From Narcine bancroftii (Eukaryota), in assembly GCF_036971445.1 (NCBI RefSeq), contig NC_091471.1:275652001-275716000 (forward strand): a DNA stretch of 64,000 nucleotides, in the 5' to 3' direction. A program made the translations under genes and the position numbers. The notes beneath the pieces were generated by a model. The model did not search any database and was not told where the DNA came from. It was given only the letters and a program-made list of their open reading frames with translations. This document shows, one piece after another, positions 26,098 through 36,794 of this stretch. How positions within the stretch are numbered: the first letter of the stretch is position 1; every line of letters begins with the position of its first letter.

Positions 26098-26557
26098 TTT
26101 ATATTTTGTTTATCTTCTCTTTCCGTTTTTCCATCATTACCTTTCCTCCTTTTCCATTTCTGTTTTCTTATTTTCAACTCTTTACCAGACAACATTCCTA
26201 CAACATCCAACATTTTCCTTATTCTCCTATTTCTATCTTCTTTATCCCCAATCTCCCCTTCCCCTCCTGAGTTGTCCTTTATCCCTTGTCGGACAACCAC
26301 ATCTCCCCTCTCCATTTGGATTTGCGAATCCACTCGCAAGCGTCAAGTGATTTTGCAGTGACCGCTCTTTTCCCCCACCCAGCCCCCCCCAGAAAAGATT
26401 TCACTTTTCATATGTCACAAAGGTCACTCTTTTAATTCCCTCCTTATTCTCTCTATTCCATTACCTTCCCTTATTAATTCTTGTCTATACTATCTATGTT
26501 TTCCTCTAATTACAGATACTTTCACGTATGCTCATTGTCTCTATTCACTCTTATACC

Positions 26558-26705
26558 TCTTTACCCGCATGCATATCAATCGTGGTCATTTTTACCCTCA
26601 TTACCCGTCTTCATCCCTCAGTCTATTTTTGTCTTTACCCACATACATATCAATCGTGATCATTTTTACTCTCATTACCCGTCTTCATCCCTCAGTCTAT
26701 TTTTG
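26558..26705. repeat. 2 x 74-bp tandem duplication at the L1 ORF1 stop / inter-ORF spacer
   Basis: Units 26558-26631 and 26632-26705 differ at only about four positions. Confidence 0.9.
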
Positions 26706-27917
26706 TAATTGTTCTGCAAATTTTCGTGCTTCTTCTGGATCCGAGAACAGTCTGTTTTGTTGTCCTGGCATAAATATTTTCAATACTGCAGGATACTTCA
26801 GTGTAAATTTATATCCTTTCTTCCATAAAATCGCCTTTGCTGTATTGAACTCTTTTCTCTTCTTTAGGAGTTCAAAACTTATATCTGGATAAATGAAGAT
26901 TTTTTGCCCTTTGTACTCCAGTGGTTTGTTGCCCTCTCTTACTTTTTCCATTGTCTTCTCCAGTACCTTTTCTCTTGTAGTATATCTTAGGAATTTTACT
27001 ACAATAGATCTTGGTTTTTGTTGTGGTTGTGGTTTAGGGGCCAATGCTCTATGTGCCCTTTCTATTTCCATTTCTTGCTGTAGTTCTGGATATCCTAGGG
27101 CCTTAGGGATCCATTCTTTTATAAACTCCCTCATATTCTTGCCTTCTTCATCTTCCTTAAGGCCCACTATCTTTATGTTATTTCTTCTGTTATAATTTTC
27201 CATTATATCTATTTTTTGGGCTAGTAATTCTTGTGTCTCTTTAGTTTTTTTATTAGATTCCTCCAATTTCTTTTTTAAGTCTTCTACCTCCATTTCTGCT
27301 GCTATTGCCCGTTCTTCCATCTTGTCCATTTTTTTCCCCATTTCTGTTAAGGTCATATCCATTTTATTTATTTTCTTTTCTGTGTTGTTTATTCTTCTTC
27401 TTAAATCATTGAATTCCTGTGTTTGCCATTCTTTAAATGACTCCATGTATCCTCTGACAAGAGCAAGTATATCCTTTACCTTGCCTTTCCCTTTATCTAT
27501 TTCACTGTATTCTTCCTCTTCTTCTTCCTCTGGGTTGACCATCTGTTGTTTCTTTGATGCCCTTTCCTCCTCTTCTTTCTTGTTTCTATTGTCTTCTGTG
27601 GTCTCTTCTTGCTGCAGGTGTTCTGCAGCTGTCGTTGCCGGCTGTGGAGATCGACTCCCCAGCTGGTCCCCCCTCCCGTCGGTGTGTTTTTTTTCATGCG
27701 TCTCGCGCATGCGCGACTCCTCGCGCATGCGCGGTTGCGCACTTTTACTCGGCTCTGTGAGCCACTGTTGTAGTTCTTTTTCTACCGACCTGAGGTAGTG
27801 GGCTCCTCTCTCCACAGCGGGCTTCTTCGGACAGGTAAGGCCTTCACCTTTTTCCTCCATTGTCTTCTCTTCCTCTCTTCTTTCCGTTGATTTTGATTTT
27901 TCTCCTTTTGTCTCCAT
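26697..27917 (-). CDS. L1 ORF1p (coiled coil, RRM and CTD; 406 aa, intact)
   Basis: ENYNRRNNIKIVGLKE, IERAHR, PRSIVVKFL, IFIYPDIS and LKYPAVLKI motifs typical of L1 ORF1; heptad-rich middle region. Confidence 0.93.
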   Translation of the reverse strand: METKGEKSKSTERREEEKTMEEKGEGLTCPKKPAVERGAHYLRSVEKELQQWLTEPSKSAQPRMREESRMRETHEKKHTDGRGDQLGSRSPQPATTAAEHLQQEETTEDNRNKKEEEERASKKQQMVNPEEEEEEEYSEIDKGKGKVKDILALVRGYMESFKEWQTQEFNDLRRRINNTEKKINKMDMTLTEMGKKMDKMEERAIAAEMEVEDLKKKLEESNKKTKETQELLAQKIDIMENYNRRNNIKIVGLKEDEEGKNMREFIKEWIPKALGYPELQQEMEIERAHRALAPKPQPQQKPRSIVVKFLRYTTREKVLEKTMEKVREGNKPLEYKGQKIFIYPDISFELLKKRKEFNTAKAILWKKGYKFTLKYPAVLKIFMPGQQNRLFSDPEEARKFAEQLQK

Positions 27918-30092
27918 CTTCTTTCCACCTTTATACTCACTTTTCTTTAACTTGTATTTCTGTGCCTTTGTATTTTCTCTTGTTTTTCCCGACTTTTCTG
28001 GAGAGGGCTGGAGTTCACCGTCCGGCCACTACTCCATCACGTGACTCCCTCCAAATCTTAGAATTTTTTGAAGTGGTTAGTAGGAAAGATTATGAAGGCA
28101 AGGAAGTGGATGTTGAGTTTAGAAAGGCCTTTGATAAGGTTCCTCAGGTAAGGTTAGGAAGGTGCGATCATTAGGTATCAACATTGAAGTAGTAAAATGG
28201 ATTCAACAATGGTTGAATGGGAGATGCCAGAGTAGTGGTGGAGAACTGCTTGTCAGATTGGAAGCCGGTGACTAGCAGTGTGCCTCAGGGTTCAGCATGG
28301 GGTCCATTATTGTTTCTCATACACATTAATGATCTGGATGATGGGGTGGTAAAATGGATTAGTAAGTACTGTATGGAGATAATACTGAGATAGGTGGAGC
28401 TGTGGATAGTGAAGGGTTTCAAAGCTTGCAGAGGGATTAGGCCAGTTAGAAGAATGAGCTGAAAGATAGTAGATGGAGTTTAATGCAGATAAGTGTGAGG
28501 TGTTACATTTTGGTAGGGCTAATCAAAATAGGACATACATGGTGAATGGTGGGGCATTGAAGTGTGCAGTAGAACAGTGGGATCTAGGAATAATGGTACA
28601 TAGTTCTCTGAAGGTGAAGTCACATGTGGATAGGGTGGTGAAGAAAGCTTACGATATGTTGGCCTTTATAAATCAGAGCATTGAGTATGGGATATGGATG
28701 TTATGTTAAAATTATACAAGGCATTGGGAGGCCAAACTTGGAGTATTGCATACAGTTTTGGTCACCAAAGAATAAGAAAGATTTCAACAAATTGGAGTGA
28801 GTGCAGGAAAGATTTACTAGAATGTTGCCAGGGTTACAGGGTCTAAGTTATAGGGAAATGTTTAATAAGTTAGGACTTTATTCTTTGGAGGGTAGAAAGT
28901 TGAGAGAGGATTTGATGGAGGTATTTAAAATTATTTGGGGTATAGAGTTGATGTGGAGAGGCTTTATCCTTCAAGAAAGGGGGGGGGGGATACAAATGAG
29001 AGGTCATGAGTTGAGAATTAGGGGACAAAAGTTTAGAGGGAACATGAGGGGGACTTCTTTATCCAGAGTGGTGGGTGTGTGAATGAGCTTCCAGACGAAA
29101 TAGTGGAGGCAAGCTCGATGTTAGCATTTGAGAAGTTGCTTATGTATATGGACGGGAAAAAGAATGGAGGGTGTTGAGTGGAGTGTAGGCCAGTGGGGTT
29201 AGGTGGGAGAAAGTGTTTGGCATGGTCTAGAAGGGCCAAATTGGCCTGTTTCTATGCTGTAATTGTGGTATGGTTATTGGGGATGTTGTATCGGACAGGC
29301 ATGGTAGAATTGTTCAGGGCACAATAATCACAAGGCTGATAATCCCCTGATTTTTTTTGGAACCATATGCAACAGTGAAGCCCAGCAGCTGTCATCCACA
29401 GACTATGATCAACTCTTGCATGTAGTCGAATTCCAATTTTATGACAGTCCAGGGTCATCTACTAGCCCGTGCTATCAGCGAAGGTGGGTTACTGTATGTT
29501 TAATGTCTGTGTGAAGATATGATGGGGTCACTAGGTGAGGGAAACACTTGAGCAAGGCTCGGAAAGGGGAGGAGCCAGGTTGAAGGTTCATCAGGAACAG
29601 ACATTGGAGGGATGATAGATGCAGCTCACTTGCAGACAAGGCCTGCCGTCTACAGCGCAGTGATTTTTCCACCAAAGAAAAACGACAAGAAATCTGTTCC
29701 TAAAATGAGAATTTACCACATTAGCAACCATGAAAACCTATCATAAAAGGTTCTCGAGACCAAAATAAAACGCGTGACCTTTGACCATATGTTTGAATAG
29801 GAGAATCATTCACAGCTGGAAAAATACATGACATATTGGGGTGTCTGCATTCCTTCCTGGTTAGAGTTACCACCGACATCTCTGCACTGGAAATGACAAG
29901 AAATTGAACACCTGAGGAAAAGACAGCAGCGAACGTGCCCATGGGCAGCAGTTGTATCTACTGTGGAACCTGGTCATTTCCCAGCTGCCATTTGTACAAG
30001 TCACAAGGTGGCTGACAGGACAAGGCAGCACCAAAGCTCCAATGCTTGCAACAAATATGCCATCTGTCCCCTCTACCATGTCATCGACCATA

Positions 30093-30890
30093 ATTCCAAC
30101 CAGGTTGACGGAAGAAATTCCAACCAGGTTGACGGAAGAAATTCCAACCAGGTTGACGGAAGAAATTCCAACCAGGTTGACGGAAGAAATTCCAACCAGG
30201 TTGACGGAAGAAATTCCAACCAGGTTGACGGAAGAAATTCCAACCAGGTTGACGGAAGAAATTCCAACCAGGTTGACGGAAGAAATTCCAACCAGGTTGA
30301 CGGAAGAAATTCCAACCAGGTTGACGGAAGAAATTCCAACCAGGTTGACGGAAGAAATTCCAACCAGCTTGACGGAAGAAATTCCAACCAGGTTGACGGA
30401 AGAAATTCCAACCAGGTTGACGGAAGAAATTCCAACCAGGTTGACGGAAGAAATTCCAACCAGGTTGACGGAAGAAATTCCAACCAGGTTGACGGAAGAA
30501 ATTCCAACCAGGTTGACGGAAGAAATTCCAACCAGGTTGACGGAAGAAATTCCAACCAGGTTGACGGAAGAAATTCCAACCAGGTTGACGGAAGAAATTC
30601 CAACCAGGTTGACGGAAGAAATTCCAACCAGGTTGACGGAAGAAATTCCAACCAGGTTGACGGAAGAAATTCCAACCAGGTTGACGGAAGAAATTCCAAC
30701 CAGGTTGACGGAAGAAATTCCAACCAGGTTGACGGAAGAAATTCCAACCAGGTTGACGGAAGAAATTCCAACCAGGTTGACGGAAGAAATTCCAACCAGG
30801 TTGACGGAAGAAATTCCAACCAGGTTGACGGAAGAAATTCCAACCAGGTTGACGGAAGAAATTCCATTCAGGTTGACGGAAAAAATTCCA
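30093..30890. repeat. Minisatellite, 33 x 24 bp (ATTCCAACCAGGTTGACGGAAGAA)
   Basis: Direct reading; one internal variant (G>C at 30368) and a degenerate last unit. Confidence 0.98.
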
Positions 30891-31577
30891 TTGCGTGCTC
30901 AAAGCCTGGACCTGCACAGTTAATGCTGCCATTTGCTGCTTAAACCTAGTTATTTTTGATTGAAATGGTGCTGGGACCTCCTGCGATTGACATGATCCTG
31001 GCACTTTACAAGGCGCAGCAAACAACTGTACCAGCTCTACTTGCTCCTGTTGATTGGAGAAGAAGCCAATCCTTCTATCTTTAATGCATAGGTTGTGGAC
31101 ATAATGAGATCGACACGATCCACCAAATGATCAAAGATGGACATTCAAAAGACACTCAAAATATCCTTGAACATCAAAGGAACCGGTTTCCAAAAATCAT
31201 CTTCGACAGGGGCTGTTCCAGATAGCCTGCTTCACCTCCTCAACGTCTGTGATGGTTGCCTGTCACCAAGGCTGCCATCAGCTAGTAATGGAGCAACACA
31301 AGTCTCCCCAGATGGTTGAGTACATTGCAGATTAGCCACCTTAAGCAGGTCATATGGGAGATTACCATACGACCACCCAGAGATCCTCCACTTCACAGGC
31401 AATTTGCTTTGGAAGACGTTCCACAAGTAAACTGTACTTCATCTTCTTACTGTCATGCCGAGGGCAGAGAAACACAAAAAAAAAGAGGGAGAATCTTTCG
31501 TTTGACCTCCTCAACTGCTCCTGTATGGGCTTACCCTCACCACTATCTATTTTAAATTAGAAGGTACTATGAACTCA

Positions 31578-31818
31578 TGATAGCTGCACTGATTTACCAT
31601 TGCTTACAAACAAAGAATTCACTCACTCGTTTCTTTCAGCGCACCATTTTCTTTTTATTATTCACCAGACACAAAATTGCATTCTTCAACTCCCCAAACA
31701 CAACCCAACTAAACTCCTATGATCTTCTCATTGGCTCACTGCCACACAAGTGATCCCGGCACTCTCACTCTCCTCCTACACTGAGATTCATCACCCATAT
31801 ACTGACACGACTGCAACA
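31578..31818 (-). repeat. 5' LTR of the Gypsy element
   Basis: Colinear similarity to 19104-19300; ends ...GCAACA followed by GAAG, which matches the GAAG preceding 19104 (possible 4-bp TSD). Confidence 0.75.
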
Positions 31819-33949
31819 GAAGGTCCAATGGCATCCATGCATGAAAGTAACTGCAACGCCCTGAAATTAGTAACCATGCAATTCCTTCATTATTACTTCT
31901 GTCATAAATTTACAACATTTTAGTATTACTTCTTTCAGAATGAATCTCTGATCATATAATGGAATAAAAGTAATAATTTAATAAAACCAGTATCTGCTGT
32001 TTTAGAACATTTAATATTTGAACAAATGGAGATTTGTTAGAGTGTCAATAAATATGACATGACAAGAATCTGTTGATGTAAAGGTAAACGTGTGCATGTT
32101 TCTGGGATGCAATTAGAGTACACCCTTGAATATACTTCAGAAAATTTAACTACATGTGTATAAACAGCTACAATCAAAAATGGGTACGATGTACATAGCA
32201 ATGAACATAACCCAAGTTAAATCAAACGTTGTTCAACAAAATTAATAAAACAACCAAGGTCATTACAAAACTGATCAATTGATATTATACACTGTATTCA
32301 AACAGAAAGAAAATCCCTAAAAATGTATCGATTGTAGAACCAATAATTTAAAAAAATTGTTATCAGATCCTAAGCTTATTTAGCATTGATGAATTTAATT
32401 TTAACTTCAGAAGTTAATCTTGTACAAAAAAAAAGTTTAGAATTCCTCAACTAATTTTGTTTTGCCCCAGAGAAGTATCCCCCCACCAACACTCTCCACC
32501 CATTTTCTAAAAAAATTGCTAATTCAGGTTTTTATTCTTCTGGTCTTTTGGGGTGGGGGGGGGGGCTGAGGTGGGGGAACTGCTTATCCAAATTATTAAA
32601 TCAAATCCAAATGATAAAAGTTTGTGTCGTTGGGTTTCCAAAAAGTCTCACAGGTTAAAACCTTTATTACACCCAGAATACACTTTCAGAATTGTTGCAA
32701 ATTGTACCAAGAAGGACAATTTTTCTCTTGCTCACCAAATATAGTTCAATGCTCTAAAAGCTAGATGCACCCATTTCTGACCTACTTGCTGAATTGCTAT
32801 TCTAGTCATGAATAGATAATTAAGGGCATCTGCTATGTTGTCCAATTTTCCCCCAACTTATTGGGCCACGCCAGAAAAATAGAATATGAAGAGGAGGAAA
32901 GAAACTTGGTCCATGTATTGACAGGTCAAGGAATTTAAATACATGGGTTGTCAAGCCCTTATGATTAAAGTTTTATTCTAATTTTGCAGTGAACATTTCT
33001 CAGAAGGGGGAAGGCTTTAATGGTAACTACATTGGAAAACATGCCTAAAGTGTGATATGGATTGATCCACTAGAGGTAAAGAGATCATTGATACTTTTAA
33101 AAATAGAATCAACATCACCCAAGGTTAAAAAGGGGTAGAATTTAAAGATTGGAATAAAAATCAATCCTGCATTAAAAGGCATTGATGTGATGCACATTGT
33201 AATTACAGGCCCAAAAGAGAACTTACTTCCTCTAATCAGAAGGAAATCAACAGCTCTGGAAAGCAGAAGAGTGTTTGTAGAACTGACAAGTACCACAGCC
33301 TCCAAATGGACTGCATATTTGATAGCCAGAGCATCAGCAAATGCATACCATATATTATTTTGAAAGACTTTCAAAAGGCAACTGGTTTAATTAAAATCTA
33401 GATCTGGCTACTTTAAATTTAGGCTAGAACCGAAGTACTATATAGGGATCATCATACTAACATCTCTTAGAAATGAAATAGACAATAGGTGCTTGCAAAT
33501 CAGTAATGGAATATTAGCAATTATAACTCTCCAGCCAGTAGAGTTTGGAATGGTTATTGCTCTTGGCCACGTATCTGGTGTTAACCGACAGTTGCGATAT
33601 CAGAGAAATAATTTGGCACCAGAAAGATGTAGATTGGGGTTGCTACCATTCACTTCCTTCCTTGGCTGTATGAAATAGGAGCAAAGATCCATGTATTCAA
33701 GCAATCTTGACTGTTCATAAACTCAACCCATCTACTCAAACCTAAACTTTGTCTCCAGACACTGGGGACAAATTTTATATTGATACATTTGCACAAAATC
33801 AAAGCTGGAAAAAAATCTATTTAGTCAGACATTGTAATCGTCGCCAATTTTAACTCTGGGGTAAGCTGTTAAGGTCATTTTATAGCTGGGGAGATAAAAC
33901 AGGCCATCTTGATAACACTCCATTTTAAATGGTATTTTCTCCATATAGG

Positions 33950-34530
33950 TGAACCCAAGGGTTCACCTATATAGTTCCATGAAAGTGGCAACTCAAGTAA
34001 ACAGTGAAGGCATTTAGCATATTGCTTTGAGTGCGGGAGCTAGAATGTTTTGTTACAACTGTAAAACATGTTGATAAGACCACACTAAGAATAGTGTACG
34101 GCTTTGTTGCCCGGACAAAGGAAAGATGTCATCAAGCTGGAAAGGACATAGAAAAGCATCACAAAAACTTAACCAGGACTGGCAGGCTTGAGTCACAATG
34201 ATAAGACTGGAAAGGACAGAACTATTCTCTCTTGAGTACAGAAACCAAGGGAAAACTTTGTGGAGTGACACAAATCATACACTAGGCAAATAATTGATCT
34301 TCTCCCGAGGGTAGTGGAATCTGAAAATAGAGAGCATTTAACTTAAGGGGAAATTATTTAAAAGGGGTCTGAGAGGCACTATTAGTTTGTGAAATGAGCT
34401 GTTACAGGAAATGTTAGAGGCAGGTAAAGGTTTAGATGTATATGGGCCAAATACTACAAGCTTAGGTAGACAACCTGGTCAGAAATAACAGTCTGGGCCA
34501 AAGGGCTCATTTCTGTGCTTTGAAACTATT
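33950..34530 (+). mobile_element. Old CR1 LINE 3' fragment
   Basis: SSMKVATQV, LIRPH.E, KDVIKLER remnants and GGGCCAAAGGGCTCATTTCTGTG tail. Confidence 0.7.
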
Positions 34531-35094
34531 ACTATCAGGAGCTGAATGTACATTCCTAGCATATGGAGCATTTAAAGCCAACAGAAGATGAAATTACCCA
34601 TGTTACACCCAAGTCAGTGTTCACCCAAACATTCTGTTAACCTGTCAATCATCTGATTCATTAATACACCTACAACTGGCTGTTGCTCCAAATATTTTTA
34701 TTTGTTTACTTTGTTGATAGTGTTTTTTAAATGTTTTAATTATTTGAATGGTTTTAAATGCCTCAGCAACATTTAAAAACAAATTGAAAGTTCTTAAGAC
34801 TGAAGAGCTCCCAAATGAAGTCAGAGCATCAGCCGTGCACTGTCAGAGGACAACCCACATCTAGTCACAGGGCACTCAGGTTGTTCAGCCTTCTGCTCTC
34901 AGTCAAGCCCTTTCTCTGCCAAGAATTCAAAACAGAAATGTTCCTCGGAGCTTAAAGAGCAATTAAATAGTTCAAGATTGACATTTAATTTTAATCAAAC
35001 TAAAAGTTGATCAAAGCAGCAGACATGACAATTCAACACTGCACTGACCACAGGCACCTGTCATATCTGTGAAATTAATTTGAGGAGAAAAACA

Positions 35095-35191
35095 AATTTG
35101 TTTTTGTATATTTATTCAACCTATTTAACTGTACAAAGTGTCGTCGTCTTCCCAAATGAAGTTCGGACAGCTTTACAACATACTCTTCATC
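35095..35191 (-). other. ATP5F1D: Probable non-coding terminal exon (3'UTR exon 5) of ATP5F1D with polyadenylation signal
   Basis: Minus-strand acceptor TCTCTCTTTATCTTGACAG|G at 35192/35191 and AATAAA at 35116-35111; matching unused donor GG|GTAAGA at 41113, 12 nt after the stop codon. The pairing of these two sites is inferred. Confidence 0.6.
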
Positions 35192-35924
35192 CTGTCAAGA
35201 TAAAGAGAGACATGTGAGAGGTATTTTGTAAAGTTAAGAACAAATACACCTGATCAGTGCTTATTTTTGGGTGCAATATCTGGAACTCAATCTGTGACAT
35301 TTAGTGCTGTAAAATAAGAATTTTCTGTTTAAGCTTCCCACGATTATATTAAATAGTCCCAGGATGGGAAATCAAATGGAGAAAATACATCATGTACTCC
35401 ATGGCAGTTTTCGTAACACATTTTTTCCTCATCAGCACGAGGTTGGTCGTTCAGTCTTGGGAAATACAATTCTATGATGAGAAAATTTGAAGAAACATTT
35501 TTCCCATTAGATAACTCCTGATATTAATCAACGCTAGTACCCTGTTATAAATAACAATCATTTGTCCCAAGTACATTCTAAAACAGCAGTGCTCCGTTGA
35601 GGAAAGGAGGCCTAGTTCATTCCCCCTCTCTGATTTTTATAAAATTTTGCTTATAATATAAAAAACTCAATTTTAAAACCAGCCAAACAGGACTCAGTTT
35701 ATAAACTGGGTCAATTGTTGTTGTTCTAACTTAGTCTATTTATAATATTGTGGACATACTGCTGACGTTAAATATTTGAGTCATCACGTAATACAATGAT
35801 TTGCTATTTCCTTCACAGCCTAGAGCGATGATACAAATGGAAAGTTTCTGATGGCAAAGATTCATTACCAGACTTTCATTGAATTCACAGCACTGGCCAG
35901 TGAATTTAAACAGCAGTAAACAAG

Positions 35925-36794
35925 CCAGCTCCCCACCATGACTACCAGCCCCCACCCACCCCCCCCCACCCCACATCTCCATCGGGCACACAGAACTCAA
36001 AACGGTCAACCGATTTACCTACCTCGGCTGCACCATTTCATATGATGCAAGGATCGACAACGAGATAGACAACAGACTCACCAAGGCAAATAGCGCCTTT
36101 GGATGACGACACAAAAGAGTCTGGAAAAACAACCACCTGAGAAACACACAAAGATCAGCGTGTACAGAGCCGTTGTCATACCCACGCTCCTGTTCAGCTC
36201 CGAATCACGGGTCCTCTACCGGCATCACCTACGGCTCCTAGAACGCTTCCATCAGCGCTGTCTCCACTCCATCCTCAACATTCATTGGAGTGACTTCATC
36301 ACCAACATCAAAGTACTCGAGCTGGCAGAATCCACGCTGCTGAAGCCCCAACTGCGCTGGGTGGGTAATGTCTCAAGAATGGAGGACCATCGCCTTCCCA
36401 AGATCATGTTCTATGGCGAGCTCTCCACCGGCCACCGAGACAGAGGTGCACCCGAGAAGAGGTACAAGGACTGCTTAAAGAAATCTCTTGGTGCCTGCCA
36501 CATTGACCCCCGCCAGTGGGCTGATCTCACCTCCAACCGTGCATCTTGGCGCCTCACGGCTCGGCGGGCAGCAACCTCCTTTGAAGAAGACCGCAGAGCC
36601 AACCTCACTGACAAAAGACAAAGGAGGAAAAACCCAACACCCAACCCCAACCAACCAATTTTTCCTTGCAACCGCTGCAACCGTGCCTGCCTGTCCCGCA
36701 TCGGACTTGTCAGTCACCAACAAGCCTGCAGCAGACGTGGACATACCCCTCCATGAATCTTCGTCCGCGAAGCCAAGCCAAAGAAAAGAAAAAG
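35925..36794 (+). mobile_element. RTE-clade LINE 3' fragment
   Basis: RFTYLG, IDNEIDNRL.KA.SAFG, then ORF 36103..36756 (TKISVYRAVVIPTLL...FHQRCL...C..C...SRIGLVSH); GCCAAGCCAAAGAAAAG tail; possible TSD AAACAAG (35918-35924 and 36795-36801). Confidence 0.92.

Larger units (their letters stand above)
22049..28051 (-). mobile_element. Full-length L1 retrotransposon (~6.0 kb) with perfect 18-bp TSD
   Basis: TSD CAAATCTTAGAATTTTTT at 22031-22048 and 28052-28069; 5' end GAGGGAGTCACGTGATGG; ORF1, ~600-nt spacer, ORF2, G-rich 3'UTR, AATAAA and A-rich tail. Confidence 0.97.
21737..29275 (+). mobile_element. CR1 LINE (RT to 3' end) split by an L1 insertion
   Basis: EDWRVAHV..LFKKG...NYRSVSL...QHRFVRGRSCLTNL (21800-22040) continues after the L1 as EFFE...FRKAFDKVP...VPQGS...INDLD...MEFNADKCEVLHFG (28060-28520) through to the 3' tail GGCCTGTTTCTATGCTGTA (~29243-29262). 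Confidence 0.9.
19104..31818 (-). mobile_element. Decayed Gypsy LTR retrotransposon (LTR-gag-PR-RT-RH-IN-PPT-LTR) interrupted by nested insertions
   Basis: Two related LTRs (19104-~19300 and ~31578-31818). Minus-strand remnants in Gypsy order: gag PYDLLK and LGDRQPSQTLRR (~31240-31360); knuckle CKHWSFGAALSCQPPC (~30000-30050); protease FLVISSAEMSV (~29870-29905); RT KSGDYQPCDYCALN..T.PVRYNIP (~29280-29355) and IPVEPFDVAKMAV (~21600-21645); RHFLDMINFY (~20365-20392); RNase H LLEGRP..YTDHHPL (~19990-20035); integrase LQPVYNGPFQVL...DTVSIDRLK (~19510-19620); G-rich PPT at ~19301-19325. Confidence 0.85.

Noticed and set aside
22778-27798. Plus-strand ORFs antisense to L1 (e.g. 23771..24283, 27322..27798)
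   Set aside because: Shadow ORFs of the A-rich L1 coding strand; low-complexity F/S/L/I composition.
30093-30890. CRISPR-like array (24-bp palindromic repeat)
   Set aside because: Units are directly head-to-tail with no unique spacers, there are no cas genes, and the context is vertebrate.
29952-31025. Four long repetitive ORFs ((TRLTEEIP)n, (NSNQVDGR)n, (WLEFLPST)n, (WNFFRQPG)n)
   Set aside because: By-products of a 24-bp unit that lacks stops in those frames; no promoter, splice or domain evidence, and the surrounding gag is decayed.
31900-32450. AT-rich stretch resembling a minus-strand 3'UTR end
   Set aside because: Only compositional resemblance and an ATTAAA-type word near 32010; no linked exon identified.
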